Translations under genes and position numbers: made by a program
Notes under the pieces: generated by a model
Told to the model about the DNA's origin: nothing
What the model saw: only the letters and a program-made list of their open reading frames with translations
Databases searched by the model: none
Assembly (NCBI GenBank): GCA_943324545.2
Contig: CALPMA020000001.1
Coordinates: 1-57,639 of the forward strand
From: Chitinophaga pinensis
GTDB taxonomy: Bacteria; Bacteroidota; Bacteroidia; Flavobacteriales; Flavobacteriaceae
DNA: 57,639 nt
Reading direction: 5' to 3'
Shown: piece by piece, positions 39,058 to 51,118 of the stretch
Position numbering within the stretch: position 1 is the first letter of the stretch
Layout of the letters: the number at the start of each line of letters is the position of its first letter

Positions 39058-40422
39058 ATGAAACATTCATTATTCTCTGAATTTGATCCTATTTCTGACA
39101 AACAGTGGAAACAAAAAATACAATTCGAACTCAAAGGCGAAGATTATAATGATACACTAATTTGGAATTCCCCTGAAAGTATTAAGGTTAAACCATTCTA
39201 CTCTAAAGAAGATTTGCAAGAAAATCTTTCTAAAAATTTAACCAAAAACACATTTAAAATTTGCCAAAATATATTTGTTTTCGATCTTGAAAAATCAATT
39301 GAAAGAGCTTTAGAATCGATTGATCGCGGTGCAGATAGTATTATTTTTACAATTGAAAATGAAGAAATTGATGTTGCTAAACTACTAGAAAAACTCCCAC
39401 TAGCTACTTGTGAAATTTACCTAAACCTGAATTTTATTTCCATAGAATCCATTTCTAAAATTGAAACCATCTCAAAATCTAGAAATGCAAATATATATTG
39501 TAATCTAGATCCTATTGGCCAATTAGCGAAAGATGGAAATTGGTTTAAAACCCAGGAAAAAGACAATTTTGAAACTCTAAATTTGATTTCAAAACAAGTT
39601 TCAAATAGCTCAATTATAAGTATCAATAGTTCTTTATATCAAAATGCTGGTGCTAATATGGTTCAGGAATTAGCGTATTCGTTAGCTCACGCCAACGAAT
39701 ATTTAAACCGCATTTCTACAATCAACCAACCGATTGTTTTTAAGATTTCAGTTGGAACCAACTACTTTTTTGAAATAGCAAAATTACGTGCTTATAGAAT
39801 TTTATTTAATAGCATTGCTAAAGAATACCGCCCAAATTTAGAGTGTCATTTGATTGTTACACCGACTAAAAGAAACAAAACAATTTACGATTACAATGTA
39901 AATATGTTGCGCACTACGACTGAATGCATGTCGGCGATAATTGGTGGTGCCGATGCAATTTCCAATCTTCCATACGATGCGTTATACCATAAAGACAATG
40001 AATTTGGTGATAGAATTGCTAGAAATCAGTTATTAATTTTGAAATATGAAAGCTACTTCGATAAGGTTAATAATCCTGCCGATGGAACCTATTATATAGA
40101 AAGTCTCACACATCAATTGGCTGAAAAAGCACTAATTTTATTTAAAGATATTGAAGCAAATGGTGGTTTTCTGAAACAATTAAATGAGGGAATTATCAAA
40201 AGAAAAATTCAAGAAAGCGCAGATAAAGAGCAACAACTCTTCGATTCAGGAAAGGAAGTTTTACTAGGAACCAACAAATATCCTAACAAAAATGACAAAA
40301 TGAAAAATGATTTAGAATTGTTTCCATTTGTGAAAGTAAACCCACGAAAAACATTGATTACACCAATATTTGAAAAAAGATTAGCCGAAAAATTAGAACA
40401 AGAAAGATTAGGAAAAGAATAA
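39058..40422 (+). CDS. mutA: Methylmalonyl-CoA mutase small (beta) subunit, short form
   Basis: [52 protein letters not shown]. No DxHxxG motif. Stop overlaps the large-subunit start. Confidence 0.9.
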   Translation: MKHSLFSEFDPISDKQWKQKIQFELKGEDYNDTLIWNSPESIKVKPFYSKEDLQENLSKNLTKNTFKICQNIFVFDLEKSIERALESIDRGADSIIFTIENEEIDVAKLLEKLPLATCEIYLNLNFISIESISKIETISKSRNANIYCNLDPIGQLAKDGNWFKTQEKDNFETLNLISKQVSNSSIISINSSLYQNAGANMVQELAYSLAHANEYLNRISTINQPIVFKISVGTNYFFEIAKLRAYRILFNSIAKEYRPNLECHLIVTPTKRNKTIYDYNVNMLRTTTECMSAIIGGADAISNLPYDALYHKDNEFGDRIARNQLLILKYESYFDKVNNPADGTYYIESLTHQLAEKALILFKDIEANGGFLKQLNEGIIKRKIQESADKEQQLFDSGKEVLLGTNKYPNKNDKMKNDLELFPFVKVNPRKTLITPIFEKRLAEKLEQERLGKE

Positions 40423-42554
40423 TGAAGAGAAAAGATTTACAACATATCAAGTTATTCGATAGTAAAAATCAAGAAGTTTTAGGTTCCAAAATAAAATTTG
40501 AGCCTTTTAAAACCGCAGAAGATATTTTTCTTAATCCAACTTACTTAAAATCGGATATTGAGAATTTAGAGCATTTGGATTTTGGAGCTGGGTTAACGCC
40601 ATTTTTAAGAGGGCCATATACTACAATGTTTGTAAGAAAACCTTGGACAATTCGACAATATGCAGGTTTTTCAACTGCCGAAGAAAGCAACGCTTTTTAT
40701 AGACGAAATTTGGCTGCAGGACAAAAAGGACTTTCCATTGCATTTGATTTACCCACCCACCGTGGTTACGATTCTGATCATGAACGAGTTGTTGGCGATG
40801 TTGGAAAAGCTGGTGTTGCTATTGATTCTGTTGAAGATATGAAAGTTTTATTCGACCAAATTCCGTTGAATGAAATGTCGGTTTCTATGACAATGAACGG
40901 AGCGGTTTTACCGATTATGGCTTTCTATATCGTTGCTGCAGAAGAGCAAGGAGTGAAACCCGAACAACTTTCAGGAACGATACAAAACGATATATTGAAG
41001 GAGTTTATGGTTAGAAATACTTATATCTATCCTCCAACACCCTCAATGAAAATTATTACTGATATATTTGAATATACAAGCAAAAAAATGCCAAAATTCA
41101 ATTCGATTTCTATTTCAGGTTATCACATGCAAGAGGCTGGAGCTACCGCCGATATTGAATTGGCTTATACATTAGCGGATGGATTAGAATACATTCGTAC
41201 AGGTCTTTCTACTGGAATGAAAATTGATGAATTTGCCCCTCGCCTATCTTTTTTCTGGGCAATTGGGATGAATCATTTTATGGAAATTGCTAAAATGAGA
41301 GCCGCAAGAATGATTTGGGCAAAATTGGTAAAACAATTCAATCCAAAAGATGAAAAATCGTTAGCGTTAAGAACCCATTGCCAAACTTCTGGTTGGAGTT
41401 TGACTGAGCAAGATCCTTTTAATAACGTAGCTAGAACTTGTATTGAAGCAACGGCTGCTGCTTTTGGAGGAACACAATCTTTACACACCAATGCTTTGGA
41501 TGAGGCAATTGCTTTACCAACCGATTTCTCTGCAAGAATAGCACGAAATACACAAATTTATTTACAAGAAGAAACTAAAATTACCAAAACGGTTGACCCT
41601 TGGGCAGGAAGTTATTATGTAGAAAGTTTGACAAATGAAATCGCTCAAAATGCTTGGAAATTGATCGAAGAAGTTGAAGAATTAGGCGGAATGACCAAGG
41701 CAATTGAAGCCGGTATTCCAAAACTTCGAATTGAAGAAGCAGCAGCAAGAAAGCAAGCAAGAATTGATAGCGGTCAAGATATTATTGTTGGAATTAATAA
41801 ATACCGATTAGAAAAAGAAGATCCATTACATATTTTAGATGTTGATAATGAGATGGTTCGCAAGCAACAAGTTGAACAATTGATTCAAATAAAAGCAACT
41901 CGAGATTCAAATAAGGTTAACGAAAAACTAGAACAATTAGTTCAAACTGCAAAAACTGGTAAAGGAAACTTACTAGAAATTGCAATTGAAGCAGCCCGCT
42001 ACAGAGCCACTTTGGGTGAAATTAGCGATGCTTTAGAAACTGTTTTTGGAAGATATAAAGCTCAAATTAAATCCTTTAGCGGCGTGTATAGTAAAGAAAT
42101 TAAAGACGATAGTAGTTTTGAAAAAGCAAAACAGATGGCAGACGAATTTGCAAAGCAAGAAGGTCGCCGTCCAAGAATTATGATTGCAAAAATGGGGCAA
42201 GATGGTCATGATAGAGGTGCAAAAGTGGTAGCCACCGGTTATGCCGATGTAGGTTTTGATGTTGATATAGGCCCATTATTTCAAACTCCAGCAGAGGCTG
42301 CAAAACAAGCAATTGAAAATGACGTTCATATTCTGGGTGTTTCTTCATTGGCTGCGGGTCATAAAACTCTGGTTCCGCAAGTAATTGATGAACTAAAAAA
42401 ATATGGACGAGAAGATATTATGGTAGTTGTAGGCGGGGTAATTCCTGCGCAAGATTATCAATTTTTATTTGATGCAGGTGCAGTAGCAATATTTGGTCCA
42501 GGTACCAAAATTAGTGAAGCAGCGATTAAAATTTTAGAAATATTAATACAATAA
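40422..42554 (+). CDS. scpA: Methylmalonyl-CoA mutase large subunit
   Basis: [17 protein letters not shown] (Tyr specificity residue), [23 protein letters not shown] (cobalamin DxHxxG). Confidence 0.97.
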   Translation: MKRKDLQHIKLFDSKNQEVLGSKIKFEPFKTAEDIFLNPTYLKSDIENLEHLDFGAGLTPFLRGPYTTMFVRKPWTIRQYAGFSTAEESNAFYRRNLAAGQKGLSIAFDLPTHRGYDSDHERVVGDVGKAGVAIDSVEDMKVLFDQIPLNEMSVSMTMNGAVLPIMAFYIVAAEEQGVKPEQLSGTIQNDILKEFMVRNTYIYPPTPSMKIITDIFEYTSKKMPKFNSISISGYHMQEAGATADIELAYTLADGLEYIRTGLSTGMKIDEFAPRLSFFWAIGMNHFMEIAKMRAARMIWAKLVKQFNPKDEKSLALRTHCQTSGWSLTEQDPFNNVARTCIEATAAAFGGTQSLHTNALDEAIALPTDFSARIARNTQIYLQEETKITKTVDPWAGSYYVESLTNEIAQNAWKLIEEVEELGGMTKAIEAGIPKLRIEEAAARKQARIDSGQDIIVGINKYRLEKEDPLHILDVDNEMVRKQQVEQLIQIKATRDSNKVNEKLEQLVQTAKTGKGNLLEIAIEAARYRATLGEISDALETVFGRYKAQIKSFSGVYSKEIKDDSSFEKAKQMADEFAKQEGRRPRIMIAKMGQDGHDRGAKVVATGYADVGFDVDIGPLFQTPAEAAKQAIENDVHILGVSSLAAGHKTLVPQVIDELKKYGREDIMVVVGGVIPAQDYQFLFDAGAVAIFGPGTKISEAAIKILEILIQ

Positions 42555-42608
42555 TACTATGCACGCATAGTAACTATTCACTATATTTACAATTCTAAAA
42601 AACAAACT

Positions 42609-43490
42609 ATGAATTTTTCAGCAAAAATGCTACGCGATGATGCATTAATGGGTAAAGTTATTGTGATTACAGGTGGCGGAAGCGGTTTAGGAAAAGCAAT
42701 GACTAAGTATTTCATGGAATTGGGTGCTAAAGTTGCTATTACTTCTCGAGATATAGAAAAATTAAAAACTACATCGGCAGAATTAGAAGCTGCAACAGGT
42801 GGAACCTGCCTTCCCGTTCAATGTGATGTTCGGCATTACGATCAAGTGGAAGCAATGCTTCAAGAAGTTCTAAATGCATATGGAAAAGTTGATGTGTTAT
42901 TAAATAATGCCGCAGGAAATTTTATATCACCAACGGAGCGCCTTTCGGCAAATGCTTTCGACACAGTTATAGACATTGTGTTGAAAGGTTCAAAAAACTG
43001 CACATTGGCTTTTGGAAAACACTGGATTGATTCCAAACAAGAATCGTCAACGGTTTTAAATATTGTTACAACTTATGCTTTCACGGGATCTGCTTATGTG
43101 GTTCCAAGTGCGACTGCAAAAGCAGGAGTTTTAGCAATGACAAGAAGTTTAGCGGTTGAATGGGCAAAATACGGAATTAGAACGAACGCAATTGCACCTG
43201 GACCATTTCCAACTAAAGGAGCTTGGGATAGATTATTACCTGGTGACTTGAAAGAAAAATTCGATTTATCAAAAAAAGTGCCTTTGAAACGTGTTGGTGA
43301 TCATCAAGAATTGGCGAATTTAGCTGCGTATTTAGTTTCTGATTTTTCAGCTTACATAAATGGAGAAGTAATAGTTATTGATGGTGGCGAATGGTTAAAA
43401 GGAGCTGGACAATTTAATTTATTAGAAGCAGTTCCTGAAGAAATGTGGGATATGCTTGAAATGATGATTAAAGCGAAAAAGAATTCGTAA
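42609..43490 (+). CDS. SDR-family 2,4-dienoyl-CoA reductase-like oxidoreductase
   Basis: TGGGSGLG, NNAAGNFISP, SATAKAGV, RSLAVEW, NAIAPGP, DGGEWL. Confidence 0.85.
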   Translation: MNFSAKMLRDDALMGKVIVITGGGSGLGKAMTKYFMELGAKVAITSRDIEKLKTTSAELEAATGGTCLPVQCDVRHYDQVEAMLQEVLNAYGKVDVLLNNAAGNFISPTERLSANAFDTVIDIVLKGSKNCTLAFGKHWIDSKQESSTVLNIVTTYAFTGSAYVVPSATAKAGVLAMTRSLAVEWAKYGIRTNAIAPGPFPTKGAWDRLLPGDLKEKFDLSKKVPLKRVGDHQELANLAAYLVSDFSAYINGEVIVIDGGEWLKGAGQFNLLEAVPEEMWDMLEMMIKAKKNS

Positions 43491-43512
43491 TTCTTATATA
43501 AATACATAATTT

Positions 43513-43543
43513 AAAAAGAGAACGTAAATGTTCTCTTTTTTTT
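43513..43543 (+). terminator. Intrinsic terminator after the SDR gene
   Basis: AAAAAGAGAAC-gtaaat-GTTCTCTTTTT followed by a T-run. Confidence 0.8.
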
Positions 43544-43624
43544 AGCACTGATAGAAGGGAAAATCCCGAGCTTTTTTTTGCGAGGATTTGGAATGATAAC
43601 AGGATAAAGCTCCAAATAAAAAAA
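43542..43624 (+). ncRNA. Structured intergenic repeat, copy B (Flavo-1-like)
   Basis: TTAGC ACTG ATAGAAGGGAAA ATCC CGAGC T8 GCGA GGAT TTGGAATGATAA CAGG ATAA AGCT CCAAATAAAAAAA. Confidence 0.55.
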
Positions 43625-43672
43625 TTAATTTCGGAGTAACAAATAATTAGTATTTTTACAAAAACTATTTTC

Positions 43673-44755
43673 TTGAATTCGAAAAATAAAATGTCGGCGC
43701 TACATGAAAAATCTGGAATTTCGCCTCCTGAAATGATCAGCAGTAAAGGTGTAGAAAAAATTCACGATTATAGAAAGAAACAACCTACATCAAAAGAACT
43801 AATTGAAGGCATTTTGAATGGCAATATTAACGCTTTAAGCCGCGCTATTACATTGGTTGAAAGCACTAATGTTTCACATTTAGAAAGAGCGAACGAAGTG
43901 GTCAATGCTAGTTTGCCTCACGCAAATAAATCGATTCGAATTGGAATTACTGGTGTTCCTGGCGTTGGGAAAAGTACCTTTATAGAAGCATTCGGAAAAT
44001 ATTTAACGGGTTTAGGAAGAAAAGTTGCTGTTCTAGCCGTTGATCCAAGTAGTACTATTTCTCATGGTAGTATTTTAGGAGACAAAACAAGAATGGAAGA
44101 ATTAGTTAAAGACAAAAACGCCTATATCCGACCTTCTGCATCGGGAGAAACTTTAGGAGGTGTTGCTCGAAAAACTCGAGAAACTATTACACTTTGTGAA
44201 GCTTGCGGTTTTGATACAATTATTATTGAAACTGTGGGAGTCGGTCAGAGTGAAACCGCTGTTCAAAGTATGGTTGACTTCTTTTTGTTATTAAAAATTG
44301 CTGGTGCTGGAGATGAGTTGCAAGGTATAAAACGCGGAATCATGGAGATGGCAGATGCTATTGTGATTAATAAAGCGGATGGTGACAATATTAGTAAAAC
44401 AAAATTAGCTAAAGTAGAATTTGGTCGTGCGTTGCATTTATTCCCAGCAAAAAAATCAGGGTGGATTCCTACTACTTCAACTTGTAGTTCGATTACTCGT
44501 GAAGGGATTTCAGAGGTTTGGGAAACGATAAATCAATTTGTTACTCAAACAAAAACGAACAATTTTTTCTTTGATAAACGCAAAGACCAGAACCAATACT
44601 GGATGTTAGAAACCATCAATGAGCGGTTGAAAACTAATTTTTTCAATCATCCAGAGATAGAGAAATTATTAGAAGAAAATAAAAAAGCGGTGCAAAATGA
44701 TGAAATATCACCTTTTGCAGCCGCCCAACTATTATTAGAAAAGTATTTTAAATAA
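43673..44755 (+). CDS. meaB: Methylmalonyl-CoA mutase-associated GTPase MeaB
   Basis: LSRAITLVES, GITGVPGVGKST, AVDPSS, LGDKTRM, ETVGVGQSE, INKADG. Confidence 0.96.
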   Translation: MNSKNKMSALHEKSGISPPEMISSKGVEKIHDYRKKQPTSKELIEGILNGNINALSRAITLVESTNVSHLERANEVVNASLPHANKSIRIGITGVPGVGKSTFIEAFGKYLTGLGRKVAVLAVDPSSTISHGSILGDKTRMEELVKDKNAYIRPSASGETLGGVARKTRETITLCEACGFDTIIIETVGVGQSETAVQSMVDFFLLLKIAGAGDELQGIKRGIMEMADAIVINKADGDNISKTKLAKVEFGRALHLFPAKKSGWIPTTSTCSSITREGISEVWETINQFVTQTKTNNFFFDKRKDQNQYWMLETINERLKTNFFNHPEIEKLLEENKKAVQNDEISPFAAAQLLLEKYFK

Positions 44756-44770
44756 TTCTTATTCTATTTA

Positions 44771-45268
44771 TTATTGTATCGTTTTGACTTGACTTTCTTT
44801 AATGTTAAATGCTCTAACTACTGAATTGTAATCATTAAAATTTACTTCTTTATTACTTTTGTTTGAAAAATATCCTGGGATAATGACTACTCTAAAAAGT
44901 TGATTTTGAGAATAAGCTGCTCCTAATGTGGCTAAATCAAAGTTTGAATCCAGGAATAAATTAATATCATTTCTTGTAAAATCAAAATTATAATCTAACT
45001 CTCCTTGAGCAATGTAAACCGTTTGTGGCAATTGTCTCCAAACATTTTGATTGTTAATTACGTCAAACGATCGATAAACTAAAACCATATCCGAACTGTA
45101 AATTGGTGGATTTAAAGTAATTAGTTTTGAATAGTTGTTTGCTGCCGTGAATGAAGTTCTTACTTCAAAAACTTCTGCTAAAAGATCTGCATTGATTTCC
45201 TCTTTTGTAGTACAACCTTGAAATAAAAAAGATGCTGAAATTGCTAAAAGTAAAATGATTCGTTTCAT
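44771..45268 (-). CDS. Hypothetical lipoprotein
   Basis: Lipobox FQGC; DMVLVYR, WRQLPQT, YNFDFT, FRVVIIP. Confidence 0.7.
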   Translation of the reverse strand: MKRIILLLAISASFLFQGCTTKEEINADLLAEVFEVRTSFTAANNYSKLITLNPPIYSSDMVLVYRSFDVINNQNVWRQLPQTVYIAQGELDYNFDFTRNDINLFLDSNFDLATLGAAYSQNQLFRVVIIPGYFSNKSNKEVNFNDYNSVVRAFNIKESQVKTIQ

Positions 45269-45369
45269 AATTTATTTATTTAGTTAAGCCAAAAGTATTT
45301 CAAAAATCAATCCAAAAAAAAAAAATTACGATTTTTTTAATGAAAATAATATAAAGTACATTTGCAAGT

Positions 45370-45921
45370 ATGAAACTATATATGATAATGGTGGGATGTC
45401 GCCCTGAAGGGAGATTCACCGAACAACACGATATTTTTTTTGGAATTGGAAATTCATTAAATGAATTGGTTCCTCAGTTAAAATCCTTTTGGCCTGAAGC
45501 CAAAGGTAGAATCCATATTGATGCCTGGCGGGAGGTTAATATTGTTGATAATCATAAAATTGAAATTGTTTCCAAGGAGAATGCTGTTGCAAATACTACT
45601 CAGCTTTACTTTATAAATCTTGGTGGTTATAAAGAAAATGAATTTGAAGAATATCATTATAAAATTATAACAACCGGAGTTACATTGGCGGAAGCTACAA
45701 AAAAAGCAAAAGCGACTAGTTTTTATAAACACTATGGATTTAAAGGGGCGACTTCACATATCGATGACAAATATGGAATTGATGTAGATGACATCTATAA
45801 CATTGAGGAAATTCTAACTCCCGAGTTGAAAGAAAAATTTGCGTTAAAAATCACTAAAATAGAAAATGCAACTGAAGACGAGTTGCATATTGGGTATTTG
45901 AAATTAGAGAAAATAATATAG
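45370..45921 (+). CDS. DUF1543-family protein
   Basis: Internal duplication LYMIMVG..EQHD / LYFINLGGY..EYHY and HIDAW / HIDDKYG. Confidence 0.75.
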   Translation: MKLYMIMVGCRPEGRFTEQHDIFFGIGNSLNELVPQLKSFWPEAKGRIHIDAWREVNIVDNHKIEIVSKENAVANTTQLYFINLGGYKENEFEEYHYKIITTGVTLAEATKKAKATSFYKHYGFKGATSHIDDKYGIDVDDIYNIEEILTPELKEKFALKITKIENATEDELHIGYLKLEKII

Positions 45922-45924
45922 TCT

Positions 45925-46494
45925 TTACCTAATTATTATTTGGTTACTTTCTTCAATATTCTTATTAGATTTTGTCAATAAATTGATAAAGTCGATCTTT
46001 ATTTTTTGTTTTGGATTATCAACAGGAGTTACTATAACTCTAAGAATATTCTTTTCGTCAATTAAATAACCATTATAATCGTCGTCAACAATAGTTCCAT
46101 CAATTTGAAAAACCGGAACGTTTTCACTTGGGCTAACATATTTTGATTTAAATTCACTTAGACTCATGTAATTATGTTTATTAGATGTTTTACCTTGAAT
46201 CATAATTCTCCCATAATATTTTACAGAATCAATAATGGTGTCTTTTTTAATGACATTAATTGACGATATATTATCTGGATTTATTGTTGATATTAAGGAG
46301 TTACTTACCAATTTCTCATTATAAAAAACTGCTGTAGGGTTTTTTGAAATTTTATTATTCTTATAAATAACTTTTATAACTGTGTCGTTAATGGATGCCT
46401 TTTTAGTAGTATTCAAACCTGTAAGTTTACCTGTAAGTTGTCCAAAAGTAGTTAATGAAAAAAATGCAAAGGCTATTAATAATTTTATTTTCAT
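45925..46494 (-). CDS. Exported hypothetical protein with TonB-plug-like segments
   Basis: Signal peptide ending FG-Q; INPDNISSINVIK and PVFQIDG motifs. Confidence 0.55.
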   Translation of the reverse strand: MKIKLLIAFAFFSLTTFGQLTGKLTGLNTTKKASINDTVIKVIYKNNKISKNPTAVFYNEKLVSNSLISTINPDNISSINVIKKDTIIDSVKYYGRIMIQGKTSNKHNYMSLSEFKSKYVSPSENVPVFQIDGTIVDDDYNGYLIDEKNILRVIVTPVDNPKQKIKIDFINLLTKSNKNIEESNQIIIR

Positions 46495-46583
46495 TTTTTA
46501 AATTGAATTTTAATTCTATAAAGATAATGCAATTTAGAAAGTAATCTAGCTAAAGCTGGATAAGCGATTCATACCCTTTTTGC

Positions 46584-49500
46584 TTACATATTCCTCCTAT
46601 ATTGACCGCCAACTTGAAATAAAGCACTTGTGATTTGACCCAAAGAACAAATTTTAGTAGCTTCCATTAATTGAGCAAATAAGTTTTCATTTTTAATAGC
46701 AGCATCCTGTAGATCGCTCAAATATTGATTCACTTTATCGCCATTAGTTTGGTGTAAATTATTCAACATATCTATTTGATATTGCTTTTCTTCTTCCGTA
46801 GCTCGAATAACTTCTGCAGGAATAATTGTTGGTGATCCTTTAGAACTTAGGAATGTATTTACTCCAATAATTGGAAATTCACCGGTGTGTTTTAAAGTTT
46901 CATAATACAAGCTTTCTTCTTGAATTTTAGATCGTTGGTACATGGTTTCCATTGCTCCTAAAACTCCACCTCGCTCCGTGATTCTATCAAATTCTTCTAA
47001 AACTGCCGCTTCCACTAAATCAGTTAATTCTTCAATAATGAAGGCACCTTGAATTGGATTTTCATTTTTAGCTAAGCCCAATTCTTTATTAATGATCAAC
47101 TGAATTGCCATAGCACGACGCACCGATTCCTCGGTAGGAGTGGTAATTGCTTCGTCATAAGCATTGGTATGCAACGAGTTACAGTTGTCGTAAATGGCAT
47201 ACAAAGCTTGTAACGTAGTACGAATATCGTTAAAATCAATTTCTTGAGCGTGCAAAGAACGTCCAGATGTTTGAATATGGTATTTCAACATTTGCGCTCT
47301 TTCATTGGCACCGTATTTGAATTTCATGGCTTTTGCCCATATTTTACGAGCTACACGACCGATAACAGAATATTCAGGATCGATTCCATTGGAGAAAAAG
47401 AAAGATAAATTAGGTCCAAAATCATTAATATCCATTCCGCGACTCAAATAATATTCTACATAGGTAAAACCATTAGAAAGTGTAAATGCTAGTTGGGAAA
47501 TTGGATTTGCACCCGCTTCCGCAATATGATAGCCCGAAATAGATACCGAATAAAAATTTCTTACTTTATTTTTTATAAAATATTCTTGAACGTCACCCAT
47601 CAATCGAAGGGCAAATTCTGTAGAAAAAATGCAAGTGTTTTGAGCTTGGTCTTCTTTTAAAATATCAGCTTGTACCGTTCCGCGAACTTGCGAAAGTGTT
47701 TTTGCTTTAATTTCATTATAAACTGTTGCTGGTAAAACCAAATCCCCTGTAACGCCTAATAGCATTAAACCCAAACCGTTATTTCCTTCTGGTAACTCGC
47801 CTTGGTATTGAGGTCTTGTGGTGCCTTTTTGTTTGTAAATAGCGGCTATTTTGTTTTCAACTTCTTTTTCTAAACCCTTTTCCTTGATATAAATTTCGCA
47901 TTGTTGATCAATGGCGGCATTCATAAAAAATCCTAATAACATAGGTGCTGGACCATTTATAGTCATACTTACCGATGTTAAAGCGTGTACTAAATCGAAA
48001 CCGGAATATAATTTTTTGGAGTCGTCTAAACAACAAATAGAAACACCGGCATTTCCAATTTTTCCATAAATGTCAGGTCGAATATGTGGATCATTTCCAT
48101 ATAAAGTAACACTGTCAAAAGCGGTAGAAAGCCTTTTTGCAGGAAATCCCGCACTTACATAATGAAATCTTTTGTTAGTTCTTTCTGGTCCACCTTCACC
48201 GGCAAACATTCTCGATGGATCTTCGCCTTCTCTCTTAAAAGGATATAATCCGGCGGTAAAAGGAAATTCACCAGGAACATTTTCTTGAAAATTCCATCTT
48301 AATAAGTCACCCCATGCTTCATATTTTGGTAGTGCAATTTTAGGAATTTGAGTGTGTGATAAACTCTCTGTATGCGTGGCAATATTGATTTCTTTATCAC
48401 GAACTTTAAAGGTATAAATTGGATTTTTATATTTTGCAATTTTATGATTCCAATTCAAAATAATCTCCCAATTATAAGGATCTAAGTCCATTTTAATTTT
48501 CTCAAACTGATTTAACAATAGAGCAATTAATACTTTATCATCTTGATTTGCAATGTCAGAATTGGTAATCTCTATCCCTGTTTTTGAAAGTAATGGTTCT
48601 ATACCTGAAATACTTTCTATCGTTTTAAAAATACCGTATAATTTTTGAGCTACTTTTTGTTGTCCAATTGCAGTCAAATCATATTTGCGATTGTTCTCAG
48701 CAATTTCAGATAAATAACGGGTTCTATGCGGAGGAATTACAAATATTTTCTCACTCATTTCCCGAGTGATCTTGAAAGTAGATTTTAAATTGCTATCCGT
48801 TTTCTCTACAATTTTATCCATAATAGATTTGTAAAGAGTATTCATTCCGGGATCATTAAATTGAGATGCAATAGTTCCAAAAACTGGCATTTTATCAGGG
48901 TTTACGTCCCAAAGATTATGATTTCGTTGGTATTGCTTTTTAACATCGCGAAGTGCATCAAGTGCCCCTCGTTTATCGAATTTATTTAATGCAACTAAAT
49001 CAGCAAAATCAAGCATATCGATTTTTTCTAATTGCGTGGCAGCTCCAAATTCAGGGGTCATCACGTAAAGTGAAACATCAGAATGATCCATAATTTCAGT
49101 ATCCGATTGTCCAATTCCTGAAGTTTCAAGGATAATTATATCGTAGTTGGCCGCTTTTAAAACCTGAATTGCATCGGCTACATATTTAGAAAGTGCTAAA
49201 TTAGATTGGCGTGTTGCTAACGAACGCATATAAACTCGAGGATTATTAATTGCATTCATTCTAATTCTATCTCCCAATAAAGCGCCACCTGTCTTTCTTT
49301 TAGAGGGATCTACAGAAATTAATCCTATAGTTTTATCTGGGAAATCGATTAAAAAACGACGAACTAACTCGTCTACCAATGACGATTTTCCTGAGCCTCC
49401 CGTTCCTGTAATTCCTAAAACTGGGGTTTTTGAATTTGTATTTTTTAGTTGAATTCTCTCTAAAAATGGTTTTGCAACTTCAGGGAAATTTTCCGCTGAA

Positions 49501-50012
49501 GAAATTAATCTTGCTATAGCTTTTGAATTTTTATCATCTAAATGGTTTTCTTCATCATAAATTCTATCTCCAATGGCAAAATCAGATTTCTGGACTAAAT
49601 CATTAATCATTCCCTGTAATCCCATTGCACGACCATCGTCTGGGGAATAGATTCTTGTGATTCCGTAAGCTTGTAAATCAGCTATTTCAGAAGGTAAAAT
49701 TACACCACCACCTCCACCAAAAATCTTGATGTGTTCTGCTCCTTTTTGCTTTAGTAAATCAAACATGTATTTGAAATACTCGTTGTGACCTCCTTGGTAA
49801 GAAGTTATTGCAATAGCATTCGCATCTTCTTGAATTGCAGTGTTTACAACTTCTTCTACACTTCTATCGTGACCCAAATGAACCACCTCAACACCGGTAG
49901 ATTGAATAATTCTACGCATGATATTTATTGCAGCATCGTGTCCATCAAATAGTGAAGCAGCGGTTACAACTCGAACTTTATGAACAGGGATATAAGGTTT
50001 TTGATCTACCAT
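46584..50012 (-). CDS. icmF: Fused isobutyryl-CoA mutase (B12-binding, MeaB-like GTPase, TIM barrel)
   Basis: N-terminal [36 protein letters not shown] (Phe in place of the MCM Tyr), [13 protein letters not shown]-terminal GGQYRRNM; 1142 aa. Confidence 0.93.
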   Translation of the reverse strand: MVDQKPYIPVHKVRVVTAASLFDGHDAAINIMRRIIQSTGVEVVHLGHDRSVEEVVNTAIQEDANAIAITSYQGGHNEYFKYMFDLLKQKGAEHIKIFGGGGGVILPSEIADLQAYGITRIYSPDDGRAMGLQGMINDLVQKSDFAIGDRIYDEENHLDDKNSKAIARLISSAENFPEVAKPFLERIQLKNTNSKTPVLGITGTGGSGKSSLVDELVRRFLIDFPDKTIGLISVDPSKRKTGGALLGDRIRMNAINNPRVYMRSLATRQSNLALSKYVADAIQVLKAANYDIIILETSGIGQSDTEIMDHSDVSLYVMTPEFGAATQLEKIDMLDFADLVALNKFDKRGALDALRDVKKQYQRNHNLWDVNPDKMPVFGTIASQFNDPGMNTLYKSIMDKIVEKTDSNLKSTFKITREMSEKIFVIPPHRTRYLSEIAENNRKYDLTAIGQQKVAQKLYGIFKTIESISGIEPLLSKTGIEITNSDIANQDDKVLIALLLNQFEKIKMDLDPYNWEIILNWNHKIAKYKNPIYTFKVRDKEINIATHTESLSHTQIPKIALPKYEAWGDLLRWNFQENVPGEFPFTAGLYPFKREGEDPSRMFAGEGGPERTNKRFHYVSAGFPAKRLSTAFDSVTLYGNDPHIRPDIYGKIGNAGVSICCLDDSKKLYSGFDLVHALTSVSMTINGPAPMLLGFFMNAAIDQQCEIYIKEKGLEKEVENKIAAIYKQKGTTRPQYQGELPEGNNGLGLMLLGVTGDLVLPATVYNEIKAKTLSQVRGTVQADILKEDQAQNTCIFSTEFALRLMGDVQEYFIKNKVRNFYSVSISGYHIAEAGANPISQLAFTLSNGFTYVEYYLSRGMDINDFGPNLSFFFSNGIDPEYSVIGRVARKIWAKAMKFKYGANERAQMLKYHIQTSGRSLHAQEIDFNDIRTTLQALYAIYDNCNSLHTNAYDEAITTPTEESVRRAMAIQLIINKELGLAKNENPIQGAFIIEELTDLVEAAVLEEFDRITERGGVLGAMETMYQRSKIQEESLYYETLKHTGEFPIIGVNTFLSSKGSPTIIPAEVIRATEEEKQYQIDMLNNLHQTNGDKVNQYLSDLQDAAIKNENLFAQLMEATKICSLGQITSALFQVGGQYRRNM

Positions 50013-50141
50013 TTATGAATGTGATAATTTTGAAGGTGCAATTTACGAGTTTTTTAAAAATTATTTATAAATAATCGAAAAAAACATGCTTAATGATAAT
50101 AAGAAATTTCAGTTAAATTATCTTTTCTAAATTTACCAAAA

Positions 50142-50219
50142 CTCTAGCCCTGATAGAAGCGACATCCCACGCCTTTGAGTGGATATAGCGAATAGCAGGA
50201 AAAGCTTCAAATAAAAAAA
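50142..50219 (+). ncRNA. Structured intergenic repeat, copy C (Flavo-1-like)
   Basis: CTCTAGC CCTG ATAGAAGCGAC ATCC CACGCCTTTGAGT GGAT ATAGCGAATAG CAGG AAA AGCT TCAAATAAAAAAA. Confidence 0.65.
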
Positions 50220-50258
50220 TTGGTATAGAGTTTGTTTAAAATTAAAAAAATTATTAAA

Positions 50259-50990
50259 ATGAAAAAAATTCTGATTTCCTTATTATTTGTGCCAATGTTT
50301 AGTTTCTCACAATTTGGTGACTTAAAAAAATTAGCGGAGAGTAAAATTCAAAAAGTAACTAATGTACAAAAAATAAATACTTTACCAGATATTAGTTCGG
50401 GTTTAAAGGAAGCTTTGAATAATGGAATTACTAAACAAGTATCAAAATTGACTGCTGAAGATGGATTTTACAAAAATGATTTAGTAAAGATATTATTGCC
50501 TGAAGAATTACAAAAAGTAGATAAAACATTAAGAAGTTTAGGGATGGCAAATGTTGCCGATCAAGGATTATTAGTTTTAAATAGAGCTGCTGAAGATGCA
50601 GTTAAGGAAGCAACACCAATATTTGTTGAAGCGGTGAAAAACATTAATTTTAGTGATGCAAAAACCATATTAATGGGAAGTGAAAATGCCGCTACTTCCT
50701 ACTTAGAAACTGCGACATCAACCGCTTTATATGATAAATTTAGTCCGATTATAGCTTCTTCGTTAATTAAAGTAAATGCTGATAAAATTTGGAATCAAAT
50801 AATAACAAAATACAATACTGTCCCTTTAGTAAAAAAAATAAATCCAGATTTAAAGGATTATGTTACCAAAGAAACCATGAAAGGTGTTTTTACAATGATT
50901 GCAATTGAGGAAAAAGACATACGAGTAAATTTAAAATCGAGGACTTCGAGTTTGCTGCAAAATGTTTTTTCAATACAGGATAAAAAATAA
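50259..50990 (+). CDS. DUF4197-family exported protein
   Basis: Start MKKILIS (50259); SGLKEAL, DGFY, VKILLPEEL, LNRAAEDA, EEKDIR. Confidence 0.85.
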   Translation: MKKILISLLFVPMFSFSQFGDLKKLAESKIQKVTNVQKINTLPDISSGLKEALNNGITKQVSKLTAEDGFYKNDLVKILLPEELQKVDKTLRSLGMANVADQGLLVLNRAAEDAVKEATPIFVEAVKNINFSDAKTILMGSENAATSYLETATSTALYDKFSPIIASSLIKVNADKIWNQIITKYNTVPLVKKINPDLKDYVTKETMKGVFTMIAIEEKDIRVNLKSRTSSLLQNVFSIQDKK

Positions 50991-51087
50991 ATAACAAATT
51001 GATAACCGTAATTTAACCTATAAACTGTGAATCATCAAGAAATTTGCAATGTAGTTTAAAATTAGTAATTTAAGTTATTAGGGAATT

Positions 51088-51118
51088 AAACCACTACTTT
51101 CGAGGAGTGGTTTTTTTT
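51088..51118. terminator. Intrinsic terminator, probably bidirectional
   Basis: AAACCACT...AGTGGTTT followed by a T-run, between convergent genes. Confidence 0.7.

Noticed and set aside
46545-46566. TCTAGCTAAAGCTGGATAAGC as an internally deleted copy of the repeated element
   Set aside because: Only the two short ends match, which could be chance.
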